64,000 bases of DNA from Oikopleura dioica. Lineage: Eukaryota; Animalia; Chordata. Made by a program: the position numbers and the translations under genes. This document shows positions 25,266-36,979 of the stretch, in pieces. Position 1 is the stretch's first letter, and every line of letters begins with the position of its first letter. The notes under the pieces are model-generated. The model was not told where the DNA came from, ran no database searches, and saw nothing but the letters and a program-made list of their open reading frames with translations. Where the stretch lies: positions 3,534,001 to 3,598,000 of the forward strand of contig OU015567.1 of NCBI GenBank assembly GCA_907165135.1. The letters run 5' to 3'.

Positions 25266-26830
25266 TTACGATTGAAATTCGTTATAAATATGAATCATGT
25301 TGTGTAACTGTGTCTCAAGAATGTCAAGAAAGGATGATTCAATCGCGTCGACCATATTGAAATTAACAACTATTTTTTCAAGTTTTTCAGCATTTGACTT
25401 CAATATAAAAGGGTTAACAAAATAATCAGAATCCATCCATAGAGAGCCATTTCGAAAAATTCCGAAGGAAAAGAGATTCATTCCATTAAAAAAGTTTCCC
25501 TCGAGAAATTTGGCTATTTTTAAATTTCGGTATTCTTCTGGGATATTGATTTTGAATCCAAAGCGTTTAGTCCCATTCAAGTTCATCTTAATTGTCGAAA
25601 TATGTTTTATTTTGCCAAGGGAGTAAAACCAAGAATCAGGAATGATCATTTTGTAAAATTTTACTCCCGTGAACAGGTTCATGCCTGGCGCCGGAAATTG
25701 CCCCTGTTCGTAAAGATTCTTTGAGAACTTCGGAAAAACGTCGTCGTGAAAAGAAAACTTAGGATTGCTTGTAACATGCATTTTCTTTTTCCATGGTTGT
25801 TGGACAAATTCAGTCTCGATATTTTCTTTTCGGAGGGTTTCAAAAGTACCTTTTTAAAAGCTTTGAATAGTCAATTTTTTAAAACCCTCTCCTTTATCAT
25901 ATTTGATTTCGAATATGATGTCAAAAACACTGTTTTGAATAAGTATTTTCTCGTCATGAATAAATCCATGCCCAAAATATTCGCATTCGTCATTGTTCAA
26001 ACCTTTCTGATCAGTATAGTAAGGATCATCTGCTGCAAACATTGTCGAATAACATTCTGATTTTTCTTCGTATTCAATAAGTGAGCCGATCCACTCGCGC
26101 CCAAGAGTAAGAAATTTTCCTTCTGCCTCCAAATGCAAAGAATAAAGTGTGTTTGAGAGATCGATACTTCTTGTCACGATTATTAAAAGAAGTTTGCTCA
26201 TGTCAATCTTAAAGGGGTCCAAATAAAGAATGAAATTATTTTAAGTAATTATAAGATTTCAACCCTTTTCAAAGAAATCACATGGACTGGGTTCAACTCG
26301 CTTAGTTCTATGGGAATTTGAATCTCGTTCTTTTTCCAACCTTTCTCAAATTCTTCGTCCTTTCGGATTCTGTTCAGGGCCATTGTGGTCGATAGTTTAA
26401 TGTAATGATCGCCCAGCTTGACGCTCATCAAGTAGAATACTCCTTTGAAGCTGACTGAAGACACTTTCGCGTTAAAATGGTTGCTAGGTATGAAACCCTG
26501 CGCTAACTTTACAAGAGTTTTGAATACATAAGATAACAGATAAGTGACTGCTAATGATTTCACTTCTTCTTTGAACCCTTCCTCAAAACGCCTTAAATTG
26601 TAATCAGGAGCATAGTAGTAGCATTTGTCAATTTTTGCAGTTGGACGGCTTTTTATGGTTAAAAATGACATTTCGTCTATTTTAAAATTGATCATATTTT
26701 CGACCATTTTCAGATGACGACGACTGGAAAAACTTTTGTTCCTTTCTCTTCTCGACGGATTTCGATGTGATGAGTTCCGATTGATGATCCGAAGTGGAAG
26801 ACGAAAAAACCTCTTCAACTTGAGCTTCAC
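25266..26830 (-). CDS. Uncharacterised lineage-specific protein exons, possibly the 3' part of the gene at 27005-27763
   Basis: Successive minus-strand ORFs of 193, 122 and 171 aa separated by short intron-sized gaps. Confidence 0.45.
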
Positions 26831-27004
26831 ACAGTTGATATTCAGTTGTAAAGACTTACATTGTATTCAGTCGATTCGGAATAAAGATCGAAATGGCTCC
26901 AGTTTCTGTCAATCTTTGCAAGTTTCCGAGGGCATCGACCAAATAATGCTCGCCATTGAGAAAATTGGACCCGGTAGACTTTAACGATTTCATTGATATT
27001 CTTT

Positions 27005-27763
27005 TCATTTCTTATTGCAATTTTTTAATAAAAAAATTAAAAACTCAGAAAACCGTTCATAAGGGAAAAAAGAATTAGAAATATCTATTCGTTTCGAGAT
27101 ATCACCAAAATCCGAAAAAATAATCGGAAATGTTTCTTTTTGAATTCTGTCTCGATTCGCCAATCGACCGTGTAAATGTTTAGGATCATGATGGGATCCG
27201 GTAACAAATCGAACACCACTATGCCATGTATTGTCAGTAAAAATCGAGCCAGCTACTTCATCGGAAACTGAGAAGCCTGTGGAATTTTTATGCAGATTGA
27301 AAACAGGAACAAGTTTCTGGCGCGATTCAAATTTCTCACACTTGTAAAATTGGCAAGGACACCCGTTCAAACAGTGTTTCTGAAATGGACAGACTTCTCC
27401 GGCTCCCTTAGCTGATCTTGTCAGTTCGAAACACATTGATTCACATGGAGACACCGGATAAGTCCTTGTTGATTCCAAGACGAGCGTTTTCGAGCAAAGA
27501 TGACGGCAGACGTTTTGATCGTAAAACTGTTTCTTCTGGCAGCGGAGAAGATTGACTTCATTTTCTTCTCTTGTGAAATTAAGACCCGCAGTTTTTGCGT
27601 GCTCGATCATAGAAACCGATTCGGGAAGGGTAAACTCTTGAGTTTCATAGCACTGCTTCAACAAATGTCCACAGAAGTCCATTGTTGCTGTTCTAACGCA
27701 TATCTTATAGTTTCGATGACAAGTCGTCGTCAGAAAAGTTGTTACTCCGCGTGATCTCTCCAA
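27005..27763 (-). CDS. Cys-rich lineage-specific protein with a CP-x3-C-x2-GCPC-x2-Y-x-C motif
   Basis: 252-aa ORF containing VCPFQKHCLNGCPCQFYKCEK preceded by several CxxxC motifs. From recollection this resembles an expanded Oikopleura family. Confidence 0.55.
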   Translation of the reverse strand: MERSRGVTTFLTTTCHRNYKICVRTATMDFCGHLLKQCYETQEFTLPESVSMIEHAKTAGLNFTREENEVNLLRCQKKQFYDQNVCRHLCSKTLVLESTRTYPVSPCESMCFELTRSAKGAGEVCPFQKHCLNGCPCQFYKCEKFESRQKLVPVFNLHKNSTGFSVSDEVAGSIFTDNTWHSGVRFVTGSHHDPKHLHGRLANRDRIQKETFPIIFSDFGDISKRIDISNSFFPYERFSEFLIFLLKNCNKK

Positions 27764-27788
27764 GGAATACAGGCGTAATACAATTTTT

Positions 27789-28030
27789 GGAACTTCTTAC
27801 CCTTGGACGAGGAAAAAAAGGAACTGTTAAGGGTGGACGAGGAAAAAAAGGAACTTTTAAGCTTGGACGAGGAAAAAAAGGAACTGTTAAGCTTGGACGA
27901 GGAAAAAAAGGAACTGTTAAGAGTGGACAAGGAAAAAAAAGGAACTTTTAAGCTTGGACGAGTAAAAAAAGGAACTGTTAAGCTTGGACGAGGAAAAAAA
28001 GGAACTTTTAAGGGTGGACGAGGGAAAAAA
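27789..28030. repeat. 30-31-bp minisatellite, about 7-8 copies, at the host/cassette boundary
   Basis: Unit (C/G)TTGGACGAGGAAAAAAAGGAACT(G/T)TTAAG repeated head-to-tail. Confidence 0.92.
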
Positions 28031-28173
28031 GAAAATTTGAAATTGTGAATTTCGGGAGTTCATTAGAGAAATTCAAGGACCTGAAAGTGTACCTTGGAAA
28101 ATACAAGTGAAAAAATTCTAGGTTTTAAATGTCTCTGTTGGAAAATCCAAGAAGTGGAAAAAAAGGAAAAAAT

Positions 28174-28196
28174 GGGTTTTCTTAGGCCGGCAGGCC
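28174..28196 (-). promoter_or_regulatory. Recurrent GGCC-GG(N)A-GGCC motif, copy 1
   Basis: + strand GGGTTTTCTTAGGCCGGCAGGCC; on the - strand it is followed by a pyrimidine tract and an AG ~45 nt away. Confidence 0.55.
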
Positions 28197-28479
28197 ATTG
28201 GCTGCTGTTTTAGATCTACTTCATTTTGTTTGTTTGTTTATTAGTTTGTGTTTCTCTTGGAATGCGGTTTTATGAATAATTGCCTCTTTGTTTTATTGCC
28301 GCGTCATTATTACAGTGATATTACTGTTTTTGTAGTCATGAATATTCCGTGTTGCTCGACGTTTCTTAATTTAGTGTTCATTTTTTTTTTTTGTCTATTT
28401 AGTTTACCTAAAGTAAGTTGATTTGATTGCTGTGGTCTGATTGGCTCGCGTAAATTATTTTGGCTCTTTGATTGGAACG

Positions 28480-29113
28480 TTGTATTTGGTTATTTTAGTT
28501 ATCGTATAACGCCTTTATTCGTGCCGCTCTTCTTCGTCTTGCTTCTTCAAAGCGATTTGTGAAGAGAAAATATCCTGCGGACAATGTCAGATTTACTAGT
28601 TTTGTTTTGAATTTTATTTTTTTTACCTTGTATTTCATTGTTTGAGCTGTCTATCGTCTCTGCTTGCACCGGCGAGTCTTAAAATATTGTTGGTGGTTGT
28701 TGTTTATTACGCGTTGTGTTTTGGTTGTCATATATTGTGTTACCTGAGTTTTCTGTTGGAATGATGTCGTTCTCCCCTGTTGTAATGCTTGGTGCCGAGT
28801 GTTGAGTATGAATTCGTGTGATAAAAGTGATATCTGTTTTATGGAATTTTGTCAGCTGTAGGCAATTCGGTTCTGGACAGCGAAATAATGGCGGCTTTGT
28901 ATTTTTTGGGTTGTAACCTCCTTGTTGGTGACCTTACTATGGTTCTATACTGCCATTGTAAATGTTTGTAATTGATTAAAGAACCTGGCCTATTATACAG
29001 GTTAAGCAGCAAATGTGCTTGCAATTGAGATTAAAAACTTCGCGTCGAAATTCATTGTCAAACTTTGTTTTGCACACGTTGCATATATTCAAATCAGTGT
29101 TATTTTCGCTCAT
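28480..29113 (-). CDS. RING-HC finger protein
   Basis: MSENNTDLNICNVCKTKFDNEFRREVFNLNCKHICCLTCII, then next exon FRCPEPNC (C3HC4). ATG sits just after an acceptor-like TTCAG, ~120 nt behind the Vasa-like stop (operon-like). 3' end approximate. Confidence 0.7.
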
Positions 29114-29230
29114 AAGTGATCTGAATTATGTTCGTTTATATGTTAAAGTTCTCGCGACAATAAATGAGTAAATAATGTTTATCATATAAAAATAAAAGGA
29201 TTCAGAATCGTTTTGAAGTTAATAAATTTA

Positions 29231-31290
29231 CTAATCAAGGCGGTAATTTCTTTCCATTCGTTTTAAAAACGCGGGAATCTCATTTTCATCCTCTTTGCAT
29301 TTCTTGATTAAATTGGCCGCGTGTTTTTGATCTTCCGATGTTATAAAGCTGATTATCTCACAATTTTTTGTCTTGTTTGCCAGTCGTTCTATCCTATTCA
29401 ATATTTTCATTATGCTTGAGGAAATTCTAGTTACTGCTGGGTGTAGTGCATAAATTTTTTCGGAAAGTCAAAGTTGACAATTTTTTCTTCCTTGATTTCA
29501 AGACCTCGGCTGATTCCGTTCGTTGCAATGATGATGTTTTTTCGTTTTGTCTATTAATATTATTAAGAAACTGATTGTATATCCCTTTCTGCGTGATGAC
29601 CGCGGACAACTCTCATATTTTGTGGATATGTTCCTTAGGTGGGATTTGTTAACCTGTCACATTTTGTGCCGTCAAACCCTTATCTTATTCCATTCTCGCT
29701 TGCGGACATTGAAATGCTTTCTGATGATTTCACCGACAATCTGCCAATCGACGACCTTAATGATTCTGTCCGAGAAAAACCGGCTGAAAACGAATCCGCT
29801 GCGGTCATAGTCAAAGGCAGAATCATCCCTCTTCCGTATTCGATTCGTAAATTGGCAACCGAACTCAAGATGGTAACCACTTTTCTTCTCCACAAAATAT
29901 GAGAGTTGTCCGCGGTCATCACTTGAAAAGAGCCGACCCTATTTTAAATCCATTAGTTTCTTACGTGAATGTCTCGAAGTTTTCTTTCTCGATGTCGGTG
30001 ATTTTGTCCTCCGTGTATTGCCGTGGCATTGAATCCGTGAGTGACAAGTATCGTCTCGACTAAGTCCGCATTATATCTTGTGTTTGTTTGGATGAGGATC
30101 TGGTTGCCTCTGTTTTGATCACAAAGTTGAATTGTTCGATAGAGTTTATATTGCTGCTCTACATGTTCAAAGGTTTCTACTATTCAGATCAGGGCTGACA
30201 TTTGGATGATTCACTTACTTACTCACTTAGTTTCCGCCTTTTGCAATAAGACTGGGTTGTATTCTTTCGTACAGATATTCGACTTAAGAGTGTCGCAGCA
30301 TTGTCTTTTTTAATTGGTTACTCGAAAAATTATCTTTGAAGCCAGTGAGACATTTTTGCCAGCCCTGATTCGTAGATTTTGATTCTTTTTTTCACCAATC
30401 GACAAAAAGATATATTGTTCGTGTAGGAATCTTCTTGCTCGCTTCTGCAATTGAATGTCGAATGTTGAGGAGAAAATTGCTGTTGTTCTGGAATGACTAT
30501 TCTTCCGTAGATACCAGTTGATTTCGTCAAGACATCTGTCTAACCCGTCATTAATCATAAAGTTTGCATCATCCAGTATAAGAAATTGACATCTTTCTGC
30601 TGGGATTATCATTCTTGATAGTAAAGTTTTTATTTGACCCGGGGTGCCGATCACGATGTTGCATCCTTCATAGATTTGTCGCGCTGTTTCTTGAATACTT
30701 AATGCAGATTTTTATAATTTACTATTAATTGATATTATATCATACTCTTCTCCACCGCACGCGATAATTGGAACGATTCCGGTGTTTTCTCCACAAAACT
30801 TGAAGCAATCTGTATATAATCGGGAAGCAAGTTCTTTTGTTGGTGATACGATGATGCAGTCTATTTTTCCGCTCGGTCTTTTTTTTTGTTTTTCATCGTT
30901 GGTTGACTTTAAATAATTGATGATTGGAATCATCATTGCTGCGGTTTTTCCTGATCCCGTTTGTGCGGTGGCCATCAAATCTTTTCTCTCGCTTAATATT
31001 TTGATTGCGTACTGTTGTATTGGTGATGGCTTTGTGTACAACAGTTGTCGTATATTGATTTGCATTTCTGGACAGAGATGCATATCGTGAAATGTTGGTG
31101 TGTAGTACTTTTCCGCGACACATTTGATTTTTTTTTCATTGACATCATATTCTGTGACATTTACCGGGAGATTTTCGTTGATTGTGAGCTTTGTCATGCT
31201 TGCGGTTTGTGCGGGGTCTTTTTGCAACTTATTATGGTAAGTAGGTTTGTCAATCGTGCTTTTTACCTTTTGTTCCGAACCCACTGACAT
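29231..31290 (-). CDS. Vasa/PL10 (DDX4/DDX3)-family DEAD-box protein with degenerate catalytic motifs
   Basis: Q motif FHDMHLC...YTKPSPIQQYAI; motif I DLMATAQTGSGKTAA; Ia SPTKELA; GCNIVIGTPG; II LILDDAN; III FSST; ATAIHGG; V IATNGISRGLEI; VI HYTQQIERLA; C-terminal EIPAFLKRM*. Short introns; linker exon at 30190-30330 unresolved. Confidence 0.85.
29593..29922. mobile_element. 330-bp segment bounded by 34-bp perfect inverted repeats inside an intron of the Vasa-like gene (MITE-like or inversion)
   Basis: GTGATGACCGCGGACAACTCTCATATTTTGTGGA at 29593-29626 and its exact reverse complement at 29889-29922; no TSD seen. Confidence 0.65.
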
Positions 31291-31400
31291 GGGTCGGGAA
31301 TTATTCGTGGCCGACGCTATCAAAAGTCTATTCATCTGAATTATTAAAATAATTGTCATTTGTGATCTATCGCAATAATCTGCTGCAGCTAGCTAAACGT

Positions 31401-31423
31401 GGGTTTTCATAGGCCGGGAGGCC
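31401..31423 (-). promoter_or_regulatory. Recurrent GGCC motif, copy 2 (~110 nt upstream of the Vasa-like ATG)
   Basis: + strand GGGTTTTCATAGGCCGGGAGGCC. Confidence 0.55.
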
Positions 31424-31695
31424 ATGTGATTGCATCTGCTGCCTATTGCTATCTGCTTATGCGAAAATTGCATTTTGTTTATCCAGTTCTATATTTCCGC
31501 GGCATTTATTGACATTAATGTTTCAGTCTTTCATTCAGCATCGTTCGTCGTTCTGTAATTTTGCATTTACATGGGTTACTTACTAATGTTTACCTTTATC
31601 AGTTAGTACGCGGTGTGATTCTTGTGTAATGATGGAGGCGATTTTCAACTTCTTCCAATTTCGTTTTGAATTTGTTGATTTCCATCACTTGATCT

Positions 31696-32236
31696 TTACG
31701 CTCGTTTAATGCGGATTCCAATTCTTCTTGGCTCATACCATTGCTTGCTAACTGAAATTAGCTTATAGCTATTTAATATACATGGTTTTATTACCTCGAT
31801 ATATATCATCCATCCTGAATATGCCTCACGCAATGTCCTCTGAAGGTTGTCGAATATGTCCAATATGTCTCGTTGAACAACCATCTCAAGATCACTGTCT
31901 GTTCCGATTCTAAATTTAATAGTGGAATAGTTCTTTCTTCTATGGTACCCAAAATGGTTAAGTTGCAATATTGTATTGTCAGCATGCTGATGCCATCTCG
32001 CTAGAGTATCCATTGATGGGAGCCCCTCATGCAAGATTTCCTTGGGTGATGCCATTCTTGGAGATTTAATCTAAAAATATTAGTTGAATCCATGGTTAGC
32101 CGCGTCTTAGTGGGTGGGTTTGAACAGGCTCATAAATATCCCATTGTGAAGCAGTGAAATCATCTGGTGTTAGGTCTTGTGATGCCCACTTTGACGATAC
32201 CTCCGATTCTATTTTCTTTGAAACACACGCACCCAT
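31696..32236 (-). CDS. Orphan protein with N-myristoylation-like start (MGACVSKK)
   Basis: ATG directly after an acceptor CAG; MGxxxS motif; joins ORF 31696-32055 in frame only through a non-canonical GG-AG intron. Confidence 0.4.
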
Positions 32237-33027
32237 CTGAAGTCGGAAAGTTTTAGAATTGCCCCACACTTGATTCAGTGTTTTAATAAAAATAACCGTG
32301 TCTTTTTATTCAGAATTTGAATTAAGAAATTCTTGAGCTTCTTTCTTCATTTTGTTTACTTTTTCCCAAGAAACGATGACTTCGTTGACAGGATGACCGC
32401 TTTCATGTACCATTTGTTTTACTTCACTAAATTTTTTGTGAATTTTTTTGTAACTTTGACCAGGGGTGACTTTTGACATCGGGGTTTCGAGCAAAATGGT
32501 CTATTTTCGGGCATAAAGCGTTTGGTCGGGCATTCAGACGGCTCAGTCCTTAAAATTTGGCTGGGCAATAGCGGGCATTTTTGGCATTTTGGCAATTTGG
32601 TTTTTCGCGTGATGGGCGTTATTTGCCTCTCAAAAGCCCTCCGAAACATATTTTCTAGCTCCTATTTATTGAAATCCAATCATTAGTCCGATTTTTTTAC
32701 TTAAAAATCAAGAATTATTGCCCAGTTGGGCGTTTGATACATTTCGTTACCTGCCCGACCGGTCATTTTGGGCATTTTCGGTTATTTCGGGCAATCTGGC
32801 CATTGGCCCGACCAGGTGTTTTGGCAACTTTGCTTGGCTCGGCTCAGCCGGGCTTCCGGACGGCGCGACTCTTGATCTTGATTCCGGCCGGGCACTCGGA
32901 CGGCCAACCGACGATTTTTGCCTAAATGGTCTCTCCTGTGTTGACTTACCGGTCTGTGTTCCTTGCCATTCCTTGGATGTAAGTATCCATGAAGCGTCCA
33001 TTGTGCCTTATTTGTGATTTTTCTCTT

Positions 33028-33772
33028 TTAAGGCCGATCGTTAACCGGTCTAAGTGTTTGATTTTGTTTTATAAAAACATAATTACCGAGTATGTTTTTC
33101 ATTCCTTCTTTTTTGACCGCGTCCGATTGGCATTCATACTTGTTCTTTATCTTTTCGATAAGTCCTTCTAGTTCGTTCACATCATTCGTTATCTTTCCAT
33201 TATTGTATCCTTCTTGCGCACGCACGACGCGCTCCATTTTACTGAATCTAATATTTTGTTTGTGTTTCCTTTATTCAGTGCGGCAGTGAATATGTTTCGT
33301 GGCAATTAAAATTATATACGTTTTAACAGTATTTTTTTACGATGCTGTTCCAGCCTTTTGCGTCTTGTTGGGCTTTGATCGCTTCCATCTTCGCTTCATT
33401 CATTTCTGTAATTGGATTCTTTATAATATTTAATCTACGTTTCATGTGATTGAATCCGTTGACCTTCATACTCGTCAATGAGATTTTTCATTTGTCGACT
33501 AAAGGCGTCTTCATCGATGTTTTCTTTTTTTTTCGCGTCGCGGAACTTTATAACGGATATCCAGATAAGCGTGTGATTTTATATTAAGCTGGATTTGCTA
33601 ACGGTGTGGCATATGATTTGATATCCTTGACCCGTATAAGCATCATTGTTACTCTTTTGCACTTTACTTTCCATATCTCAATTCTCAGACGTGCGTTCGT
33701 TAGCGTTTTCTTTCTTATTCTTCTTACTATTTCTTTCAATTCATAATCCATTCTAAATTTCAACTTTGGCAA
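33028..33772 (-). CDS. Orphan charged/coiled-coil protein exons
   Basis: Short Lys/Glu-rich minus-strand ORFs separated by intron-sized gaps. Confidence 0.3.
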
Positions 33773-33879
33773 TTTTCAAAAACCATAATCATAGCACAAA
33801 ATGTAGTTAACCGACTATTATTGTTGTTCGTTTGTTAAATTGCCGCTTTTAAATTTTTTATTAAGAGAATCGTCTTCGC

Positions 33880-34731
33880 TCACGTTGATTTGAAGTGATC
33901 GTCATCTATGGTGCTGTAGATATGTCCTTAATAATTACTTTTTTGGAGTTAAATTTTTGGATACCATTATTCGATAATTCGCTGAGGATTATTCGAAGGT
34001 CCATTTCGTCCAAATCAAGGGCTTTGAAATCATGGAAGACATTTGCCCCTTGTTCATTTTCGTTGCTTAAGTTAAATGATTTATTGATTTATTTTTTGAA
34101 TGGGAATTACTTGATAACAACAGATAGAACTCCGCTCGTACGCTGGGAGAATTCATTGCTCGTGAATATTTTAGGCGGTGACTAAATTATCTTTATATAT
34201 ATTTTTTAAAGTTATCACCTTTTTTGGCTCCTCCTTCACTATTTTTTCTTCAAACATGACCGTATTTATCGCTTCCAACATGAAGCAACTCATCACCGAG
34301 GGAAATTGATTATCAATTTTTCGGATGACGTTCACAATCACGATTGTTTTGCCTATGATATATTTTTTTCTGGTGCTAAATTCTTGATTACCGTTTTTAT
34401 TAAGTCGGATTTTTCCAAAAACTTTGACTTTGTGGCCGATTTCTACTTTTACTAGCCGGTTAACGTCGACGAAGTTATAAATCCCGGTACTGTCGTCTAG
34501 AGTGATTAACCGCACCGGTATTTCATTTCGAGTTTCTTCCTAAATTTGTTTAAACTCAGTTTATTAATTTCTTATTACCTTGACGGACAAGACTGTTCCG
34601 CAAAAAACCGCAATGCCTATTTTCACCGGACGTCCTGCAATCACGTGCTGTCCTTCCGCGTTAACCATTCCTTCGCTTTTTAAGGTAGCGATGGTAACAT
34701 GAAATATTGTTTCGGGTATGCTTTTATTCAT
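33880..34731 (-). CDS. RPA2: Replication protein A 32-kDa subunit homologue (OB fold plus winged helix)
   Basis: OB fold IFHVTIATL...AVFCGTVLSVK|...LITLDDSTG...KVKVFGKIR; spliced C-terminus LRIILSELSNN|GHIYSTIDDDHFKST*, near-identical to the human RPA32 end (LSNEGHIYSTVDDDHFKST). Confidence 0.9.
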
Positions 34732-34829
34732 TCTAAATCATGCACTTTAGAATGCCTTTTTTTTTCTTTTCGGATGAAGATGTCGATATTCTAATAGACG
34801 AATTGAACGAAGAGATATCAGTTGAGAAC

Positions 34830-35480
34830 ATGAAATTTATTCGTCGTGTCAAAACATCCGATCCTTCTAACATCGCGGAGCTTCTTTCCGATGAATCGCG
34901 CGGCGTGTATCTTGGTATGAAGGCAAATGGATTTTCTGATAATGGTAACTTCTTTCAAAATATATTGATGAGTAGTTTAGGCGTTAATGCTGGTTTGCCC
35001 ACTGCTGTTTCTCTTTGTTCTTCAGGAGTTGACGGTAATTGACGTGTTTTCTGAAAAAAATAAAGTATATTAATTTTTTTAGGTCAGTTAAGTTCTGAAA
35101 GCCCAAACGATTGTGCGGATATGAAGAGTGCGTCTAATGCCAACACACAGGGTTTGAACTTTATTTATCTTTCATGTTTTTATTTTATTTTAGCATCTTC
35201 TTTAAGTACTCCGCGTCAGTCACCTTGTTGTCGTGAATTCGAGTTCTCTATGATAAATGAGGGATTTCTTGGGCCCTGGGAGGATGGCAATGGACCATGT
35301 ACTTTTCACTTTAATTACTATAAACATTGGCACGAGCAGATTAAGTTGGCCGAAGCAAAGAAGGCCCCGAATAGATCTGATTCGATCGAACCTGAAGTCA
35401 AAGCTCGTAGGCCCGCGCAGGAAGATTATTACGATGACTTTGATGCTTATATGGACGAATTTGGTGCCGCTTATTCCTAA
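34830..35480 (+). CDS. Three-exon orphan gene, head-to-head with RPA2
   Basis: Clean GT-AG introns (~35036-35082, ~35152-35193) join MKFIRRVKTS...GVD|GQLSSE...TQ|ASSLSTPRQSPCCREF...GPCTFHF...AAYS*. Confidence 0.55.
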
Positions 35481-35624
35481 TCATCTTCAATTTGGTTAAA
35501 AATGCCACAATAAAGTTTATCTACTTGGCAACAAGTTTTTACCTTATCGATGTAATTTTCACAGCTGTGTATTAACGCGGCTAATTTCTTATTTGTTTCA
35601 AACAGGTGTCCATATAATGCAGGA

Positions 35625-36651
35625 AGTCGTAGTCTGAAGTGAATGATAAGTATGGGCGTATGTAAGGTGGCGTGAGTTGTGCCGTGAGCAAGTTACGGTC
35701 ACTCTGTGCCTGATTTTTAAGGTCGGTGCACCATTCCGAAGCCCGGGGAGTATTCTCCCAACTTCCGTGGTAATCACCTCCCTGTGTTATATAAAAATCA
35801 TTGATACGTACTCCCTGAAGTGCTATTTTTCGATTCATATAAATTCGACGCGTCTCTTCTGTGAGTTGTTCGTAGCCTGAAATGAATGATAAGTATGGGC
35901 GCATGAAAGGTGGCGTGAGTTATGCCGCGAGCAATTTACGGTTACTCTGTGCCTGATTTTTAAGGTCGGTGCACCATTCCGAAGCCCGGGGAGTATTCTC
36001 CCAACTTCCGTGGTAATCACCTCCTTGTGTTATATAATAATCATTTGATACGTACTCCCTGAAGTGCTATTTGTCGATTCGTATAAATTCGACGCGTCTT
36101 TTTTGTGAGTTTTTTCGTAGCCTGAAATGAATGATAAGTATGGGCGCATGAAAGGTGGCGTGAGTTGTGCCGCGAGCAATTTACGGTTACTCTGTGCCTG
36201 ATTTTTAAGGTCGGTGCACCATTCCGAAGCCCGGGGAGTTTTCTCCCAACTTCCGTGGTAATCACCTCCCTGTGTTATATAAAATCATTGGATACGTACT
36301 CCCCGAAGTGCTATCTTATTGTTCGTTTAAATTCGACGCGTCTTTTTTGTGAATTGTTCGTAGCCTGAAATAGATGATTAGTATGGGCGTAGAAAGGTGG
36401 CGTGAGTTGTGCCGCGAGCAAGATACGGTTACTCTGTGCCTGATTTTTTAGGTCGGTGCACCATTCCGAAGCCCGGGGAGTATTCTCCCAACTTCCGTGG
36501 TAATCACCTCCCTGTGTTATATAAAAATCATTTGATACGTACTCCCTGAAGTGCTATCTTTGGCTCGTTTATATTTGACGTGTCTCTCCTGTGAGTTGCT
36601 GGTAGCCTGAAATGAATGATAAGTATGGCCGCATATAAGGTGGCGTGAGTT
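35625..36651. repeat. Tandem array 1 of ~243-bp units (about 4.2 copies)
   Basis: TAGCCTGAAAT anchor at 35873, 36118, 36361 and 36603 (spacings 245, 243, 242); conserved core GGTCGGTGCACCATTCCGAAGCCCGGGGAGT.TTCTCCCAACTTCCGTGGTAATCACC. Confidence 0.95.
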
Positions 36652-36979
36652 AGTAGTTTTCCCGAAAGATATTCTTCTATGATTTTTTCAAGGGTTTTCA
36701 CGACTCACCTAAGTGTTGGGAACCGCGTTGGACAAGCTGACACTCTGAACGAAGCGATCTGAGGCGAAGTGTTACTTTTGATCATCCTAACCCTTAATTC
36801 CCCTTTAATGCTATTAAGAACGCATGTGGGATGCCATTCTAAAAAAATTATATATCAGGCAGAGCTTTGAGATCCGATTATTCATGATGCATATTGAATG
36901 GCTTTTCAGTTATGCAGTTTCTTTTTACGGCGTCTTTCATGCGTCATTCTGAAACGTATATTATATTTCATTAAATTCG

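Noticed and set aside
24655-25307. Long ORFs in the track spanning 24655-25307
   Set aside because: Artefacts of the N run.
27739-28048. ORFs over the 30-bp minisatellite
   Set aside because: Produced by the repeat itself; unit length varies (30/31 bp), which argues against coding.
28185-28196. GGCCGGCA start identical to the HDV genomic ribozyme 5' end
   Set aside because: No complementary P1' strand or nested pseudoknot elements follow.
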